64,000 nt of DNA from the human T2T-CHM13v2.0 reference genome, Homo sapiens, in the NCBI RefSeq assembly GCF_009914755.1, contig NC_060934.1; one strand, written 5' to 3'. Positions 14,700-31,391 of the stretch are shown one piece after another (the stretch's first letter is position 1; each line of letters opens with the position of its first letter). The notes under the pieces were generated by a model. The model saw only the letters and a list, made by a program, of their open reading frames with translations, ran no database searches and was not told the origin of the DNA. The translations under genes were made by a program, and so were the position numbers.

Positions 14700-15015
14700 A
14701 AAAAGAATGAAACTGGATTTAAATAGAAAAATATTTGCAACATATATAACAGGCAAAGGATTAGTATCCAGAAAATATAATGAAGTGCTCCAAATCAACT
14801 AGCAAAAGACAAACAACCAATAGAAAAATGAAGGAAAAAAAATGAACAAGCAATTGCAGGAGGGAAATTTCAAATCACAATGAAGATGCGAAAATACATT
14901 CAACTTCACTAATAAACCACTTCCACTCAAATTAAAGCAATCAGATTAGCAAGAGTTAGGAGAGTCTAAGAGTAGCCATGTTAATGAGGACCCAGGGAAA
15001 GAGATTCTCTCCCAC
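14700..15015 (+). mobile_element. Old L1M fragment (ORF2 3' region)
   Basis: aaaatatttgcaacatatataacaggcaaaggattagtatccagaa... Confidence 0.65.
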
Positions 15016-15115
15016 ACTACAAAGAGTGAGACACACAGCGGGACTGAGTGCCTGTCCCTTTCCAATGCTTCTGCAGGTTCCCGAAGAGCTTGGGCAGATG
15101 GGGATGGGGTGGTGG

Positions 15116-15475
15116 TGTCTTAGTCCAGGCTGCTATAAGAAATTATCACACACTGAGTAGTTTAAACAACAAACATTTCTCACAGCCCTGGACTCTGGAT
15201 GTCTGAGGTCAGGGAGCCAGCATGGTCAGGGGTCTGATGAGAGCCCTCTTCCTGGATGCCAATGGCTGACTTCTGTATCCTTACATGGTGGAAAGAAAGT
15301 GTGCTAGCTCTCTGGCCTCTTCTTATAAAGGCACTAATCCCATTCATGAAAGTTCCATTTTGTTGACCTAATTACCTCTTGCCCTAATTACCTTCCAAAG
15401 GCCATACCTCCTAATACCATTACACTGGGACTAGGGTTTCAATGTATGAATTGCAGGGGTACACAAACATTCAGA
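15116..15475 (-). mobile_element. MaLR LTR (MLT1A-like)
   Basis: tgtcttagtccaggctgctataag ... cttcttataaaggcactaatcccattcatga ... acacaaacattcag. Confidence 0.75.
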
Positions 15476-16150
15476 ATTTCAGACCATTGTTAGAGAACAG
15501 AGGCTCATGCCCAGGGTCACACAGCTGGTCAGTGATCAGTGGACCAGCAGGGAGCCTGAGTTTCGGTGCAGTTTCCCTTTCCTTCCCTTCTCCCAGCTGC
15601 TGCCAAAAGCCCAGGGACTGTTTGAACAGGACTGACTTTTGCTCCACTTTGCATGGAGGGAGGTGCCTCTCCTGCGCTACTTCAGGACTCCAGCTGGTGG
15701 ATGCTGACCTGAGCTGCCCTAGCTTCCTGTCTCTCCCCTGGGATTCTTTTCTGTCCCCTCATTTCAGGATGCTAACGCTGTCCCCTCCCTGCTTCCCCAT
15801 CTCTGCACCTCCCTGCTTCCACTTCCAGCCTGGAGGACAGCAGGGGCAGCTCGTGAGAAAGGCCACCAGCTGCTTATCTCGGCACTCCCTGTAACCCAAT
15901 CCCAGCTCTCACTCCAGCTCAGAGGAGCTGGGTGGAAGTAGCAGGTTGTAGGCATCTACCTGTCCCTCTGCTATCTCTCCGAGTGGCTAGCATTACTGCT
16001 TTCCAGGTTTTTCTCACCTAAGAATCAGCAAAGCTTCCTATGGTTTTCCCATTTGGAAACAGATTTTGCCTTAGATGTTGGGGTCTAAATTCTTTGGGTT
16101 CATTTTCATGTGTATTTACCCCATGTCGTGTTAGAATTACATAACCCTAG

Positions 16151-16598
<448 letters not shown>

Positions 16599-17129
16599 TG
16601 AGATGCTAAAGATTTAGGATGTCCTGTCCCTTGTCCCCAGGACATGTGCAGCTCCCTCATTTTACAGATTAAGCGATTTTGATCCCAGAGATTTTAAGGA
16701 ACAGGACTGACAGCAGGGTCTGGGCTCCTCACTGGCACATTGATTCTGCTGTGTCTCTGTATTGAACAAATTGCAGACAGGGAAGTAGGGGTTGGAGGTG
16801 GGGCGTTGTGGATTTCCCAATGACAGTTACACCAAGTCCTGCTACACGTGGGGCATCATGGCCCCGGTGGGAGCTGTTCTTGGGTTTGTTCTTGTTCTAG
16901 CAAGAGAGGGTCCAGGCTTCATAGGAGGTGTGTCCTTGAGCTGGGGTAGAGGGGGCGCCATTTCACAGTTACAAGGTTGGAGGGAGTGATGGTGGTGGCT
17001 TAGCGTGACCAGCCCCATGTCTGTGTTGCTCATACACAGCAAAGGCAGTGCTGAATACAATATCAAATAGCCTGGCACTATTGGCAGCAGCCCCTGTGCC
17101 CACAGAGTGCTGGACTTTTGCCTCCTTTA

Positions 17130-17375
17130 TGCCAGAGGCATGTATGACAGTAAGAGTGTCTGGGTTCCAATTTTGGCTACCCACTTTCTAACTGTGGCTG
17201 TTTCCCACTTATTAATTTGGCTTTGGTAAGATACTCATGAGTCTCTGAGCCTAAGTTTCCTCTTACCTAAACTGGAGATGATGATAATAAGTTCTGCATC
17301 CCAGATTTGTAAGGAAGACGAAATGATGGTCCCAGTGAAGCAAAGTATGTTGTGAGTACTTGATAAACATTAGCA
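17130..17375 (+). mobile_element. MIR
   Basis: ctctgagcctaagtttcctc...taaactggagatgatgataata MIR core. Confidence 0.6.
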
Positions 17376-17690
17376 GAGCACATTCCTCCTGTGCTTAGTG
17401 GAGTTCTAGAAGAACTTTTCCAGAAGACTGAAGTTCCAGAAGATTAAAGTTTACAGCTTAGAACAAAAGGCATCTGTGTTAAGAGAACACATCGCTGTTG
17501 GGGCAGCCGCTTCCTCGCAGGATTCTCTGAGAGGGGCCGTATCCTCAGCATGGGTCCTGCCTTTAGGAGCTGGTGCTGTAGGCACAGAGGGGGACATCTG
17601 CACTGTATCTTGTGGTCCATAGTGTCTCCTGGTTTCTTACTGTTCTGAAGTTCTGATTCAATCTCTTTATAACCAGCTAGCATTACCAAA

Positions 17691-18406
17691 TGTGTCAGTT
17701 CAGGTTCTCCAGAGAAACAGAACCAATTGGATGTACGTGTGTGTGTGTGTGTGTGTGCTTACATAATTATTTTAGTTTGTTTTAAGGAATTGGTTCATGT
17801 GATTGTGGGGCTTGTCAAGTCTGAAATCTGTAGGACAGCCCAGCAAGGTGGAAACTCAAGCAGCATTTCTATGTTACAGTCTTGAGGCAGAATTTCATCT
17901 TGGGGAAATCTCCATTTTTTTGCTCTTAAGGCTTTTAACTGCTTGGGTGAGGCTTACCCACATGTGGAAGGTAATCTGCTTTATCTAAAGTCAACTGATT
18001 GAAAATGCTAATAACATCCATAAAATGGCTGGGCGCGGTGGCTTACGCCTGTAATCTCAGCACTTTGGGAGGCCGAGGCGGGTGGATCACAAGGTCAGGA
18101 GATCAAGACTATCCTGGCTAACACGGTGAAACCCCGTCTCTACTAAAAATACAAAAAATTAGCCGGGCGTAGTGGTGGGCACCTGTAGTCCCAGCTACTC
18201 AGGAGGCTGAGGCAGGAGAATGGCGTGAACCCAGGAGGCGGAGGTTGCAGTGAGCCGAGATTGCGCCACTGCACTCCAGCCTGGGCGACAAGGCGAGTCT
18301 CAAAAAAAAAAAAAAAAAAAAAAAAATCCATGAAATAACTTTACAGTAAAACCTAAGCAACTAGGCACTATAACCTACTTAAGTTGACATAAAATTCACC
18401 ATCACA
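17691..18406 (-). mobile_element. MLT2 (ERVL) LTR with internal (TG)n, interrupted by an Alu
   Basis: ggttctccagagaaacagaaccaa...aaggaattggttcatgtgattgtggg...gacataaaattcaccatcaca. Confidence 0.8.
18027..18326 (+). mobile_element. AluY-like inside MLT2
   Basis: Sense Alu, long poly-A, TSD atccat(a/g)aaat. Confidence 0.9.
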
Positions 18407-18971
18407 GCATGTAATTAATTCCACTCATATGTAGCAAGGACCTACTGTGTGCAGTGTGCTTCCGCTATGAGAGATGCCAGGGTTTTGCTCATCAGACTCC
18501 TACAATATAGCTGGGTGGCCAGGCTTTTCAATAAGGACATCCTTTAGGAGGATTCTTCCAAATCATCTCCAAGAGAACAAGAACAGCAAGTACGGTCTAG
18601 AACCAGGAAGCTGTCTGCAGCCAGAGTTGTTTCTCTCCCCGCCTACTGTTCACATTTCTCTCCCTGCCTACTGTTCACATTTCTCTCTGTGCACTTGCTT
18701 CTGCAGACCAGGTTCCAATGCTGTCCATCTGCAAACACAGCCCCCTAATGCTGTCCAGGGTCTGAATCCATGTGGCCTTCCATTTCCAAGATCCATTATT
18801 GTCTTTAAACTGAGAGGCTTCATGCCTCTCAGTTTGAATTCCATTCAGTGGGAGTCTGATTGGTCTAGCTCTGGTGCATACCTGTGAGTAAAGAAGCTGA
18901 GGTCATGGAGGAGGAGGGGTTGCTGCTGCTTTTCCGTTGAATGTCGTGGGGAAATTGCTAATATCTCTGCT

Positions 18972-19082
18972 GTGAACCGTTTTGTCCTAGTCGGCCTGAA
19001 GCTTTCCTAGTTTTAAAACTGAAAGTCCTGCATCTGAGGAAGGCCCTCAGTTCCAAGCAAACTGGTACTATTGGTCACCCTA
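18972..19082. mobile_element. MER81-like hAT MITE
   Basis: ttttaaaactgaaagtcc...ttggtcacccta terminus. Confidence 0.55.
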
Positions 19083-19419
19083 CCTCTGCTATGTTAAACA
19101 CACCCACGTGAAAGCTTCAGAAGAAAATGTGGGTTTAAGAACAGGTGGGTTTAAGAACAGGCGTGTTCGTGCCATATTAGTGCAGAGGAGGAAGGTAAGA
19201 GAAGGAAAATCTCCCTAGGTTATTTCTGGATGCAGTGACCTTGCAGCTGGGTTGTGAAGGAAACCCAGGTAAGACGATGTGATGAACATTTATGGCTTGG
19301 GCTTTCCAGCATTGTTAAGTGGAAAGTGCCTTTTTATTTGCAGGGAAATCTGAGTATATATACATATATGACCTTTCTCACTCCTTGACAGCTACAATGT
19401 GGACGTATATATGGTGCAA

Positions 19420-21715
19420 ATTAAGAGTCAAGTTCTTTTTTTTTTTGCACATGAATGTCTAATTTTTCTAGTACTATTTGTTGAAAAAAATCCTTTCTCC
19501 ATTGCATTATCTTGGCACTGTTGAAAAGCAATTGACCATGTACGTGTGGGACTATTTCAGGACTCTCCATACTATTTCATTGATTGTGTATGTCTACTCT
19601 TGCACAAATACCACATTGGCTGTTGCTTTATGATAAATCTTCAAACAGTACCTTTATAGTAAATCTTAAAACAAATTGCATGAGTCATTCAGCTTTGTTC
19701 TTTTCAACATTGTTTTGACTATTCTAGGTCCTTTGCTTTTACACATAAGTTAGAATTAGCTTGTCAATTCTGTAAAAAGCTTTCTGGGAATCTGTAGATC
19801 AACCTGGGATGAATTGGCACATTAACACTATTGAGTTTTTCAATCCATGAAAAAGGTGTATTGCTCCATTTATTTAGGTCGTCAATTTCTTTCAGCAATG
19901 TTTTGTAGATTAGATCACACATTTTGTTAATATCTCTTAGTATTTCATGTTTTCTGATGCTATTGTAAATGGCACCTTAAAATTTAACTTTTAATTATTT
20001 GTTGCTAAAATACAGAAATACAATGGATTTTTGTGTATTAACCTTATAGCTTGTGACCTTGCTAAAAATCACTGATTAATTTGAATATCTTTTTTTGGTA
20101 GATTCTTTGAGATTTTATAGGTAAATGATTATGTCATATGCAAATGGAGACAAATTAAGTTTTCTCTTCAATATTCACAACTTTTATTTAATTTTCTTGC
20201 CTTATTGTACTGATTAGGGTCTTCAGTCTAATGTTAAATAGATATGGAGAGAGCTAACAACCTTGCCTGTTCCTAATCTTAGAGGGAAGTATTCAATCTC
20301 CGGTCATTAAGTATGATGTTAACTGTAGGTTTTCATAGATGCATTTATCAGAGTGAGGAACTACCCTCTATTTCTAGTTTGCTGAGAATCTTTACTAGGA
20401 ATGGATATTGAATTTGTCAAATGTTTTTCTGTAACTACTGAGATGATCATAATTTGTTCTTTTTTAGTCTGCTGATAGGACTATTTTGATCGATTTTTGA
20501 ATGTTGAACCAACCTTAAATTCCTGATAAAATCATATATGGTCATGATAATTTATCCTTTTTATATATTTCTGAATTTAATTTGCTAATACTTTATTAAG
20601 ATTTTAAAAAATCTGTGTGATAGATATTGTTCTGTACTTTTCTTGAAATGTGTTTAGTTTAATATCAGGGTAATGTCAACCTGAAGAAATGTGTTAGAAT
20701 ATATTCTCTCCTCTTCCATTTTCTGGAAGTGTTTGTATGCATTTGGTATTATTTCTTCCTTAAATGTTTGATGGAATTTACCAGTAATGTCTTTCATTGT
20801 GGGCAGATTTTAACATATAAATTCAAGTTCTATAGTGGACATAGAGCTATTCAAGGTGTATGTTTCTTCTTTAGTGAACTGTTGTATATTTTGCATCTTT
20901 CAAATAATTTGCTTATTTTATCTAAGTTATCAACTTGATATAAAGTTGCTCATAAAATTCCCTTGTCTGTAGGATCTTTAGTGATGACCTCTCTTTCATG
21001 CCTGAAAGTTGTGTCTTCTCTCTTACTATCTTGATCAGTCTGCTGAGAAATTTATCAATTTCGCCAGTGGCTTCAAAAACTAATTTTCGTTTGTTTTATT
21101 GTGGTTTCTTTTTGTTTCTCTGTTTTCCATTTTATCAGTTTCTACCATTATCTTTATTATTTCTTTCTTACTTTTACTTTTGGATTTAATTTGTTCTTGT
21201 TTTCAAGTTTCTTAGTGTGGGAGCTTAGACCATTGATTTGAAACATTCCTTTCTAATATAAGCATTTGATGCTATAAATGTCTTTCAGTGCCCTGCTTTA
21301 ACTACATCACATGAATTTTTACATGTTATTTAAAATATTTCTTCAATTAAAATATTTTATAATTCACCTTGTGATTTTTTTTTTAAAATTCATGGGCTAC
21401 TTAGAATTGTGTTCTTTAGTTTCTGAATATTTGAAAGAAATTTTTTCAAGTATCTTTTTGTCATTGATTTCTAGATTTATTCCACTGTGGTCAGAGAACA
21501 TAACACACATGATTTCAAATATTTTATGCTTGTTGATTTTTTTTTCAATAGCTGAGAATCCTATCTATCTGGGTGAATGTTCTGTATGTACTTGAAAGAG
21601 AAAGTATTCAGCTGTCATGTGAAGTGTTCCATAAATGTCAGTTAAGTTGGTTGATAAAGCTGTTTAGATCTTCTATAGCTTAATTTTTCCTACTTATCCT
21701 ATTAATCACCAGAGG
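19420..21715 (-). mobile_element. L1M ORF2-region remnant, antisense
   Basis: T-rich antisense L1 motifs (tgtagatcaa...; taagtatgatgttaactgtaggttttcatagatg; tccactgtggtcagagaacat). Confidence 0.8.
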
Positions 21716-21775
21716 AAACTTTTTAAAAAGCAGCTTTATTGAGATGTTATTAATATGCCATATAATGATCATGCA

Positions 21776-22103
21776 TTTATTTATTTATTTATTTATTGAG
21801 AAAGAGTCTCACTTTGTCACCCAGGCTGGAGTGCAGTGGTTCAGTCTTGGGTCACTGCAACTTCCATCTTCTGGGCTCAAGTGATTCTCCCACCTCAGCC
21901 TCTCAGTTGCTGGGACTACAGGTGCGTACCACCACATACCCAGCTAATTTTTGTTTTTTTCTTGGTAGAGACAGGGATTTGCCATGTGGTCAAGGCTGGT
22001 CTTATGTGGTTAAGGCTGGTCTTGAACTCCTGGGCTCAAGCAATCTGTCCAACTTGGCTTTCCAAACTGCTAGGATTACAGGTGTGAGCCGCTGCACACA
22101 GCC
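21776..22103 (-). mobile_element. AluJ-like with (TTTA)n tail
   Basis: Antisense Alu consensus. Confidence 0.85.
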
Positions 22104-22937
22104 TTAAGTCATGCACTGAAAGCATACAATTTAATAGTTTTTAGTATGTTCATAGATATGTGCAACCATTTGTTGCTTGTACTTTTGCTGTCATATTTAA
22201 GAAACCCTTGTTTCTGAGGTCATGAAGGTCTAACCGGAGCATGAAGATTTATGCTTATATCTATAATTTTCAGTTATTAAGATAGAGTAGCACATAATAT
22301 TCTTTTATAATCACTTCTTGTTTTATATTGTCTTTTCATTTCTAATGGTATATATTTTTGTTTTATTTAATTTTTACTTAGGTATGCCAGGCAGTTTCTT
22401 ATTTTATTACATTTTCCAAAAAACAAATGTTTAGTTGTATTTATACTATATATGCTTTGTATTTTACTAATCTTAGCTTTTGTCTTCATTTGTTCCTTCT
22501 TCCTACTCTCTTTTATCTTATTTTATTGTTCTTTTTCTAATATCTCAAATTGAAAATTAGCTTATTCACATTATATCTTTTTTACAATGCTTTTAAAATT
22601 TCTCATTATAAAACATTTGAATGAACAGGCACAGTAGAAAATAATATTATAAATACCCATGGGCCCACAGTATATTTATCAAATGTTAACGTTAGTGTCT
22701 TATTTGTTTTTATTTAAACAATTCAGATTCAGTTGAGACCTACTTTGGTGCCTTTCTACAATCTTGCTCCCCATCTCTTATGCAACCCTTATTGCAAATT
22801 CAATGTTTATCATGCTTATATCTGTTTCTTACTGTAATATAGACTTTGTCCATAAGCAATATGTTGCTTAATCATTATATAAATGGCATTATATGATTAT
22901 ACTATGATAACCTGAATTTAATTTTGTGGTCCTGCAT

Positions 22938-23585
<648 letters not shown>

Positions 23586-23671
23586 GCACCTTTTTTTTAT
23601 TTTTATTTTTTAAAGTAAGGCTATTCATCATTTTTCAATTCATGTATAGGAATTATTTATATATTCTTAGA

Positions 23672-23988
23672 TTTTTTTTTTTTTGAGACAGAGTCTTGTT
23701 TTGTCACCCAGGCTTTGGTATAATGGCATGATTATAGCTCACTGCAGCCTTGAACTCCTGGGGCTCAAGCCATCCTCCAGCCTAAGCCATCCTCCAGCCT
23801 CAGCCTTCCAAGTAGTTGGGACTATAGGTGCATACCACCACACCTGGCTAATTTTTTTTTACTTTTTGTAGAGACAGGGGGTCTTGCTTTGTGACCCAGG
23901 CTGGTCTTGAACTCCTGGCTTTGAGCAATTCTCCTGCCTTAGCCTCTCAAAATGCTGGAATTATAGGCCTGAACCACCGTTCCTGGCC
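23672..23988 (-). mobile_element. AluJ-like
   Basis: Antisense Alu consensus with a small internal duplication (aagccatcctccagcct twice). Confidence 0.85.
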
Positions 23989-23989
23989 A

Positions 23990-24021
<32 letters not shown>

Positions 24022-25324
24022 GGATTTTGTAAGACAATTAAGCTCTGATACACTGGTGGTGATTCTCAAAGTGTTGTTCCTGAATTCCTGGGGTCTGTGA
24101 GGATTTTCCTGGAGGTCTTCAAGGTCAACACTATTTTCACAATAACACTAAGAGGTTATTTACTTTCTTTTATCTTTACATTTGTACTAATAATGCAAAA
24201 TCAATAGTGAGTGAATCTTTGGTGGTAGTCATTGTATTTTTCACCATCACACACTCTCGATAAAATCAATGATGGTTTCATTCCTTGGTGAAACAGTAAA
24301 CTTCGTACTGTGTGACAAAATGGGAAGTATGCATGAAGCATTTCTGTTGCAAACTGATGTATGATGAGTGTTTTGAGAAAAGCATGTGTGATTGTTCAAA
24401 TTATTTGCTGAACTAGCCTCTTTATTTGTGGAACACCATTTTTACTTGAAGAAACACTGACAGACAAGCTATATATGTTTTTTCAGACTTGGGTATTTGA
24501 AAATAAAGTGAATCTGTCACTTCAAGGAAAACAACGGATAGAATTCATGCCAATGATAAAAATTCAGCTTTAAAGCAAAAATTAAAATTTTTGGAAAACT
24601 TGTGTCTGCCACAATGGGCTTATTAGTTTCCAAATACATAATGACTTTTCTTGTAAGATTCATGGTGATATTTACAAATGTGACTTTTCAGATGTTGCAA
24701 AATAAAATAAGTCAGTGTTTGGAAGATCTGCTTGACTCAATGAACCAATATTCTCTAAAGAACCAATGAGTAATGTTGCAAAATTATGCATGGGTAAAAG
24801 ATTCATTCAAAATGAAAAATAAACCAATGGATTTTCAACTTATTTTGCTTTTTAAATATTAAACTTTTTATTTTGAATTAACTTTAGACTTACAGAAGAG
24901 TTGCAAAGTAGTTCAGAGAATTCTCATATACCCAGCTTCCTTTTATGGTAACATGTTATGTCACTAAGGTACCCTGATCAAAACTAAGAAATTAACATGG
25001 CTAATAAATATCAATACAACAAAGTACAATAAATTTATTGATATGGTTTCAGATACCACATTGCAACTAACATTTAAGAAACTACAACTTGTTTGAGTTT
25101 TGATGTAGTATCAGAGATTATCTGAAAAAAATGATTAATTCCTTTTTCTTTTTTCCCAACTACATAACTGGATGAAGTCCAATTTTTCAAAATATACTTC
25201 AACCAAAATTACATTTTGCAACAGACTGAATGCAGGAGCAGATATGAGTAATCCACCTGCTTTCTATTAAGCTGGGCATTGAATAGATTTGCAAAAATGT
25301 AAAGCAAGGCCACTCACTCTTCCA

Positions 25325-25327
<3 letters not shown>

Positions 25328-25362
<35 letters not shown>
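25328..25362 (+). repeat. (AC)n microsatellite
   Basis: Read directly. Confidence 0.95.
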
Positions 25363-25368
<6 letters not shown>

Positions 25369-25577
25369 AAAATTCCAAAATCTCCTAATCCCCCTCCCTG
25401 CCCACAGCCCCCATCCCCTAGTAACAACTTTAAAAAATTCCACATGCAAGTGAGATAATGTGGTATTTGTCTTTCTGTGCCTGGCTCATTTCACTTAACA
25501 TAATATCCTCCAGATTCATCCATGTTCTCACAAATGACAGAATTACCTTCTAAGGCTGAATAATACTCCACTGTGTA

Positions 25578-25788
25578 CAAGTAAGTCCTTACTTAACATC
25601 ACTGATAGGTTCTTGGAAACTGTGACTTTAAGTGAAATGACAAATATCAAAATCAGTTTTTTCTCATGAACGTTTTAACAAAATGACATTGAATCAAATG
25701 ACATTATTTAAAAGACTGACTGTATGTTGTTTTGCTTACAGTTGCAGTTTCCAAGAACCTATCAATGATATTATGTGAGGACTTACTT
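25578..25788. mobile_element. TcMar-Tigger MITE (MER47/MER6-like) nested in L1
   Basis: Long terminal inverted repeats: agtaagtccttacttaacatcactgataggttcttggaaactg / cagtttccaagaacctatcaatgatattatgtgaggacttact; TA at the left flank. Confidence 0.75.
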
Positions 25789-26170
25789 AATACATACCAC
25801 ATTTTCTCTATCCATTTCTCTGTTTATAATCACTTAGGTTGATTCCATATCTTGGCTATTGTGCATAATGCTGCAGTGAATATGGGAGTTCAGATAACTC
25901 TTCAGCATACGGATTTCATTTCCTCTGGATATTTATCCAGTAGTGGGATAACTGGATCATAGGATACTTCAATTTGTAATTTTTTTCAGGAACCTTCATA
26001 CTATTTTCCGCAATAGCTGTACTAATTTATGCTCCCACCAACAGCGTAAAAGGCTCCCTTTTCTCAACATCCTCTTCCACATTTGTTACCTTTCATCTTT
26101 TTGATAATAGCCATTCTTACAGGTGTGAGGTGATATCTCAATGTGGTTTTAATTTGCATTTCTCTGATGA

Positions 26171-26499
<329 letters not shown>

Positions 26500-27599
26500 G
26501 ATGCTGAACATTTTTTCATATACCTGTTGGCTATTTGTATGCCTTCCTTTGAGAAATATCTATTCTAGTCTTTTGCCAATTTTTTAAATTGGGTTATTTG
26601 TTTTCTTCTGTTGAGTTGTTTGAGTCCTTATATATTTTGGATATTAACCCTTTATCAGATGTATGGTTTGCAAATATTTTCTTCCATCCTGTAGATTATC
26701 TCTTTACTCTGTTAATTGTTTCCTTGGCTGTGCAGAAGCTTTGTAGTTTGACATTATCCCATTTGTCTATTTTTGCTGTTGTTGCATGTGCTTTTGAGTT
26801 TATAGCCAAAAAATAATTGCCCAGATCAATGCCATTTTACCCTGTTTTTCAATTACATATTTGTTTTAGAATACATCATTATTTTTCATTAAATATTATG
26901 CAGTATATGTTAATATATGATGATTTACCATTATTTGAAATAAATATTTAAAATTTTCTCAGTTTTAACTAGGGGAAATATTGATAGATATAACCCACAA
27001 CAACAGAAGCTCTTTGTGATACTCAGTATTTTTAAAGAATGTACAGGGGCTCTAAGAGCTAATTATTTGATAACTCTTGTCCTAAAGGATGCATTATATG
27101 TGCTGAGTTAACTCTCCCACAAGGCATATAGGTTGGTACTATCTATATATCATCCTTAGGAAAATTGAGAAAAGGCATCATTCAAATTATGTTTCATAGG
27201 GCTTATTTCTCTTACAGAACCCCAATCAAGAAAAATTGTCCTGGATTTCCATACGTTGGTACATATAAAACACGTTGAACTGCAATTAGTAGCTAAGCCC
27301 TCTATAGATGTTAGCTGTTATTATTACTTTTATTAATAGTTGTGATCATTTGATGGTTACAGGTATTTAAATGTTTTCTCTCATTTGGTGTTTTGATTTT
27401 TAATTGTCTTTATGATGTGTTTTTTGTGTGTAGAAATTTTAAACCTTAATCTGTATTCAAATTTATCAACATTGCATCTTGCAGCTTATTCTTTTTATGT
27501 CTTGTAGAACAAATTCTTCCCTTTCCCAAAGTTATAATGATGTGCTTTTATATCTTCCTTTAAATGTTTTCAAGTTTCCAAGTCTTCCTTTTCACAGGC

Positions 27600-28135
27600 T
27601 TAGGAAACCACTCATGTCAAGATCACCAGAGACCTCCATGTTGCTGAATCCAGCGTCCAATTATCAGCCCTCCCCTCATCTACCCATTAGCCGCACTTGC
27701 AAGATTCCTTTCTCCTTGCTTCCTGAAATTCTTTCTCCACTTGGCTTGGGATACTGCACTCACAGGTTATTCTCCTGCCTCACAGGCCTCTCTCTCCAGG
27801 TCTCCTTTGGGTCCTCCTCCTCTTGAAGTATTGGAGTGTCTCTCCTGGGACAATGTCCTTGGGCATCTTCCGTTTTCTACCAATTCTCACTCTCTAGCTG
27901 ATCCCATCCATTTCCTTGGCTTTAAATATCATCTGTACACTGATGACTCAAAAAGTTTATTTCTTAGTCCCATCCTTTCCCCTGAATCCTATTTTATTCA
28001 ACTGCCTGTTGAGTGTCTAATAAGCATGTCAAACAATTTGGCCAAAACAGAATATTGATATCTCCAGCCTCTTTCTTCCATGTTCTCCATTTTAGTAACA
28101 TAACCATTAATTTTGTGGCTTAAGCCAAAACATTC
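27600..28135 (+). mobile_element. L2 fragment
   Basis: ggctttaaatatcatctgtacactgatgactc L2 motif. Confidence 0.65.
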
Positions 28136-28142
28136 ATTCTAT

Positions 28143-28560
28143 TGTTAAAAGGAAAACTTCAGCTGAAGTAAATTATAGGAATTTAATTGAGGAATGAATG
28201 ATTTGCCAATCGGGCAGCACTCAGAATCACAGCAGATACAGAGAGACTCCAGGGATGCCTCATGGTCAGAACAAATTTATAGACAAAAAAAGGGACATTG
28301 GAAGTGAGGTACAGAAACAGGTGGATTGGTCACAGGTTGGCATTTGCCTTATTTGAGCACAGTTTGAACACTCAGCAGTCTATGAGTGGCTGAAGTATGG
28401 CCGCTGGGATTGGCCAAGACTCCCCTGTTGTTACAGGCTGATACTCCTAAGTTACGGTTTCAGTCTTGTATACCTATTAAGTTAGGTTATGGTTCGTCCA
28501 CAAGGACTCAAATAGAGAACAACAGAGTCCTTCTCAGGCCATATTTAGTTTGCTTTCACA
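28143..28560 (-). mobile_element. ERV1 LTR (MER51A-like)
   Basis: tgttaaaaggaaaacttcagctgaa...aatcgggcagcactcagaatcacagcagat...tttgctttcaca. Confidence 0.7.
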
Positions 28561-28684
28561 CTATCTAACTTTATTTTTGTGCCCATTAACCATCCCCTGT
28601 ACCCCCCACCCCCAGCCCCACTACCCTTCCCAGCCTCTGGTAACCATCATTCTACCCTCTATCTCCATGAAGAACTTTATTTCT

Positions 28685-28875
<191 letters not shown>

Positions 28876-29107
28876 TAAATTTCCTTATTTTTCTCAGATG
28901 ACAAGAAATCTGGGGGTGTGCTGCAATGGGTAATACTAGTTTAGCTGCTCGATAAGATCACCAAGGATCCCTTCCCTTCTATCTTTTGCCTCCCCATCCT
29001 TAGCATGTGGCTTTTATCCTCATGGTTGCAAAAGTTTTCCAGTGGCTCCAGGAATCACTGCTTCATTCCTGGCAGGAAGAAGAAGGTCGGGTAAAAGAGT
29101 GAAGAGT

Positions 29108-29452
<345 letters not shown>

Positions 29453-29544
29453 TTATCCAGTTTGTTTGGAGAAGAAGAGCCCTTTACATGGAACGTCTGC
29501 CTACATCTTCTTTGTCAGAAATGGGGACATCTTGTCACTCATAG

Positions 29545-29895
<351 letters not shown>

Positions 29896-31391
29896 AAATC
29901 AATTGTTATTTGTCCTTTGAGGTTGGGGTCAAAACTCACCTTTCCTAAAAGAGGGGGGATCTCTGCTGCTCCCTGAACAACTTGGGGTTCTGTGGTGAGG
30001 CAAGCGTGGAGGGTGGGTAGTTAATTGGCAGTGTCTGCTGTAATAGCTACCCATTTTTTGCTGCTTTATCTTTTCCCCTTGCTTAGCAGGATTGGTAATC
30101 CTCTTATCATTTATTTTTACCCACTATTAATTTGAAAGTTTTATAATTCTAAGCAGTGGTTGCCTCTCTGTTTCTATCAGTTATAATTAAATCGGTGTTT
30201 CTTTACTATATATTGCTTGTAACATACTTAAAAATAGCAATGCACTCCTATATATATCTGGAGAATTACTGCTGTCTTGCGCATGTAGAAAAACCTGAAA
30301 TTTCAGTAGATTAATATGATGAAGGTTTATTACTTAACTATTTCACAGTTTGATGTGGGTTGGATATTTCTTCTGTGTGGCTTGCTTTCGAATATTGGAT
30401 CATGGATCAGGCTGCTTTTTTTCCGTGAAATTCCACCATTTATTTCCAGCTGGGTGGACAAGAGTGAAAATGTGGAAAAGGCACACCCGCTGCTAACCAC
30501 CTTAGCCTGAAAATGGCACAAATCCCTTCCCTGACATTCCGTGGACTAGAATTCGATCACATGGTCCCACTGTACTGAAGGGAAGTTGAGGAATGTAGTC
30601 AGTCATCTGTGGGCTGAGGAAGAGACATAGGGTGGTGGACATTGCATTGTCACTGTCCTAAATTGTCATTCTGGCCATCCACACATTTCATTCTTCTCCT
30701 CCATCTAAAATACACTCACCACCTCTTATAGGGGACACCTTCAGGTCCCAGCCAGTCACTGCATCCAGCTGAAAGTCCACTGTCTCTGGGGTTCTGCACT
30801 GGTCTCTATCAGGTCTGAATGTGCTGAGAAGACATATCATTTAAATACCTGTCACCCCTAAGGCACTATATACAGTGCTGGAGCAGGGTCAGAATACCCA
30901 CTAAGGAAATGCCACCTGGAAAAGTGGAGAACGTGAGAGCCACAGTCTCCAGTCTATAGCATTTCTGAAGTCCTACAGGTCAGGACCGCAAAGTTTCCCT
31001 GCCTTGCAGTGAAGAGAATTCCTTGAGTGAACACTGACTTCAGCCTGGATGAGGCTTTTTGTCTGATTCCCCTTGGCCTCCTCTGAAGGGAGTGTTGAGG
31101 ATCACACCCTCTAGACCAGTGTAGCCTTTGAAACCTGCCTGCTGGTCATCAAACTTGGATGCCCAAGGGCCATTTAAGTCATGAACAACCAAAGATTTTT
31201 TAATCCAGGCTCAAAAACTTAGGGGGCTTCTGTTCGCTTCCATGTCCCAGTAACAACATCTAAAATTCTTTCCTAGACATATTTCTCAACTCGACATTCT
31301 TCCTTTGTCCCTTCATCTCTGTGCCTCTCTGTTTCACCTGAAGGACATCTTCCTTGAAGCTTTTTCTAAAAATAAGTGTGAGAGATCACAC

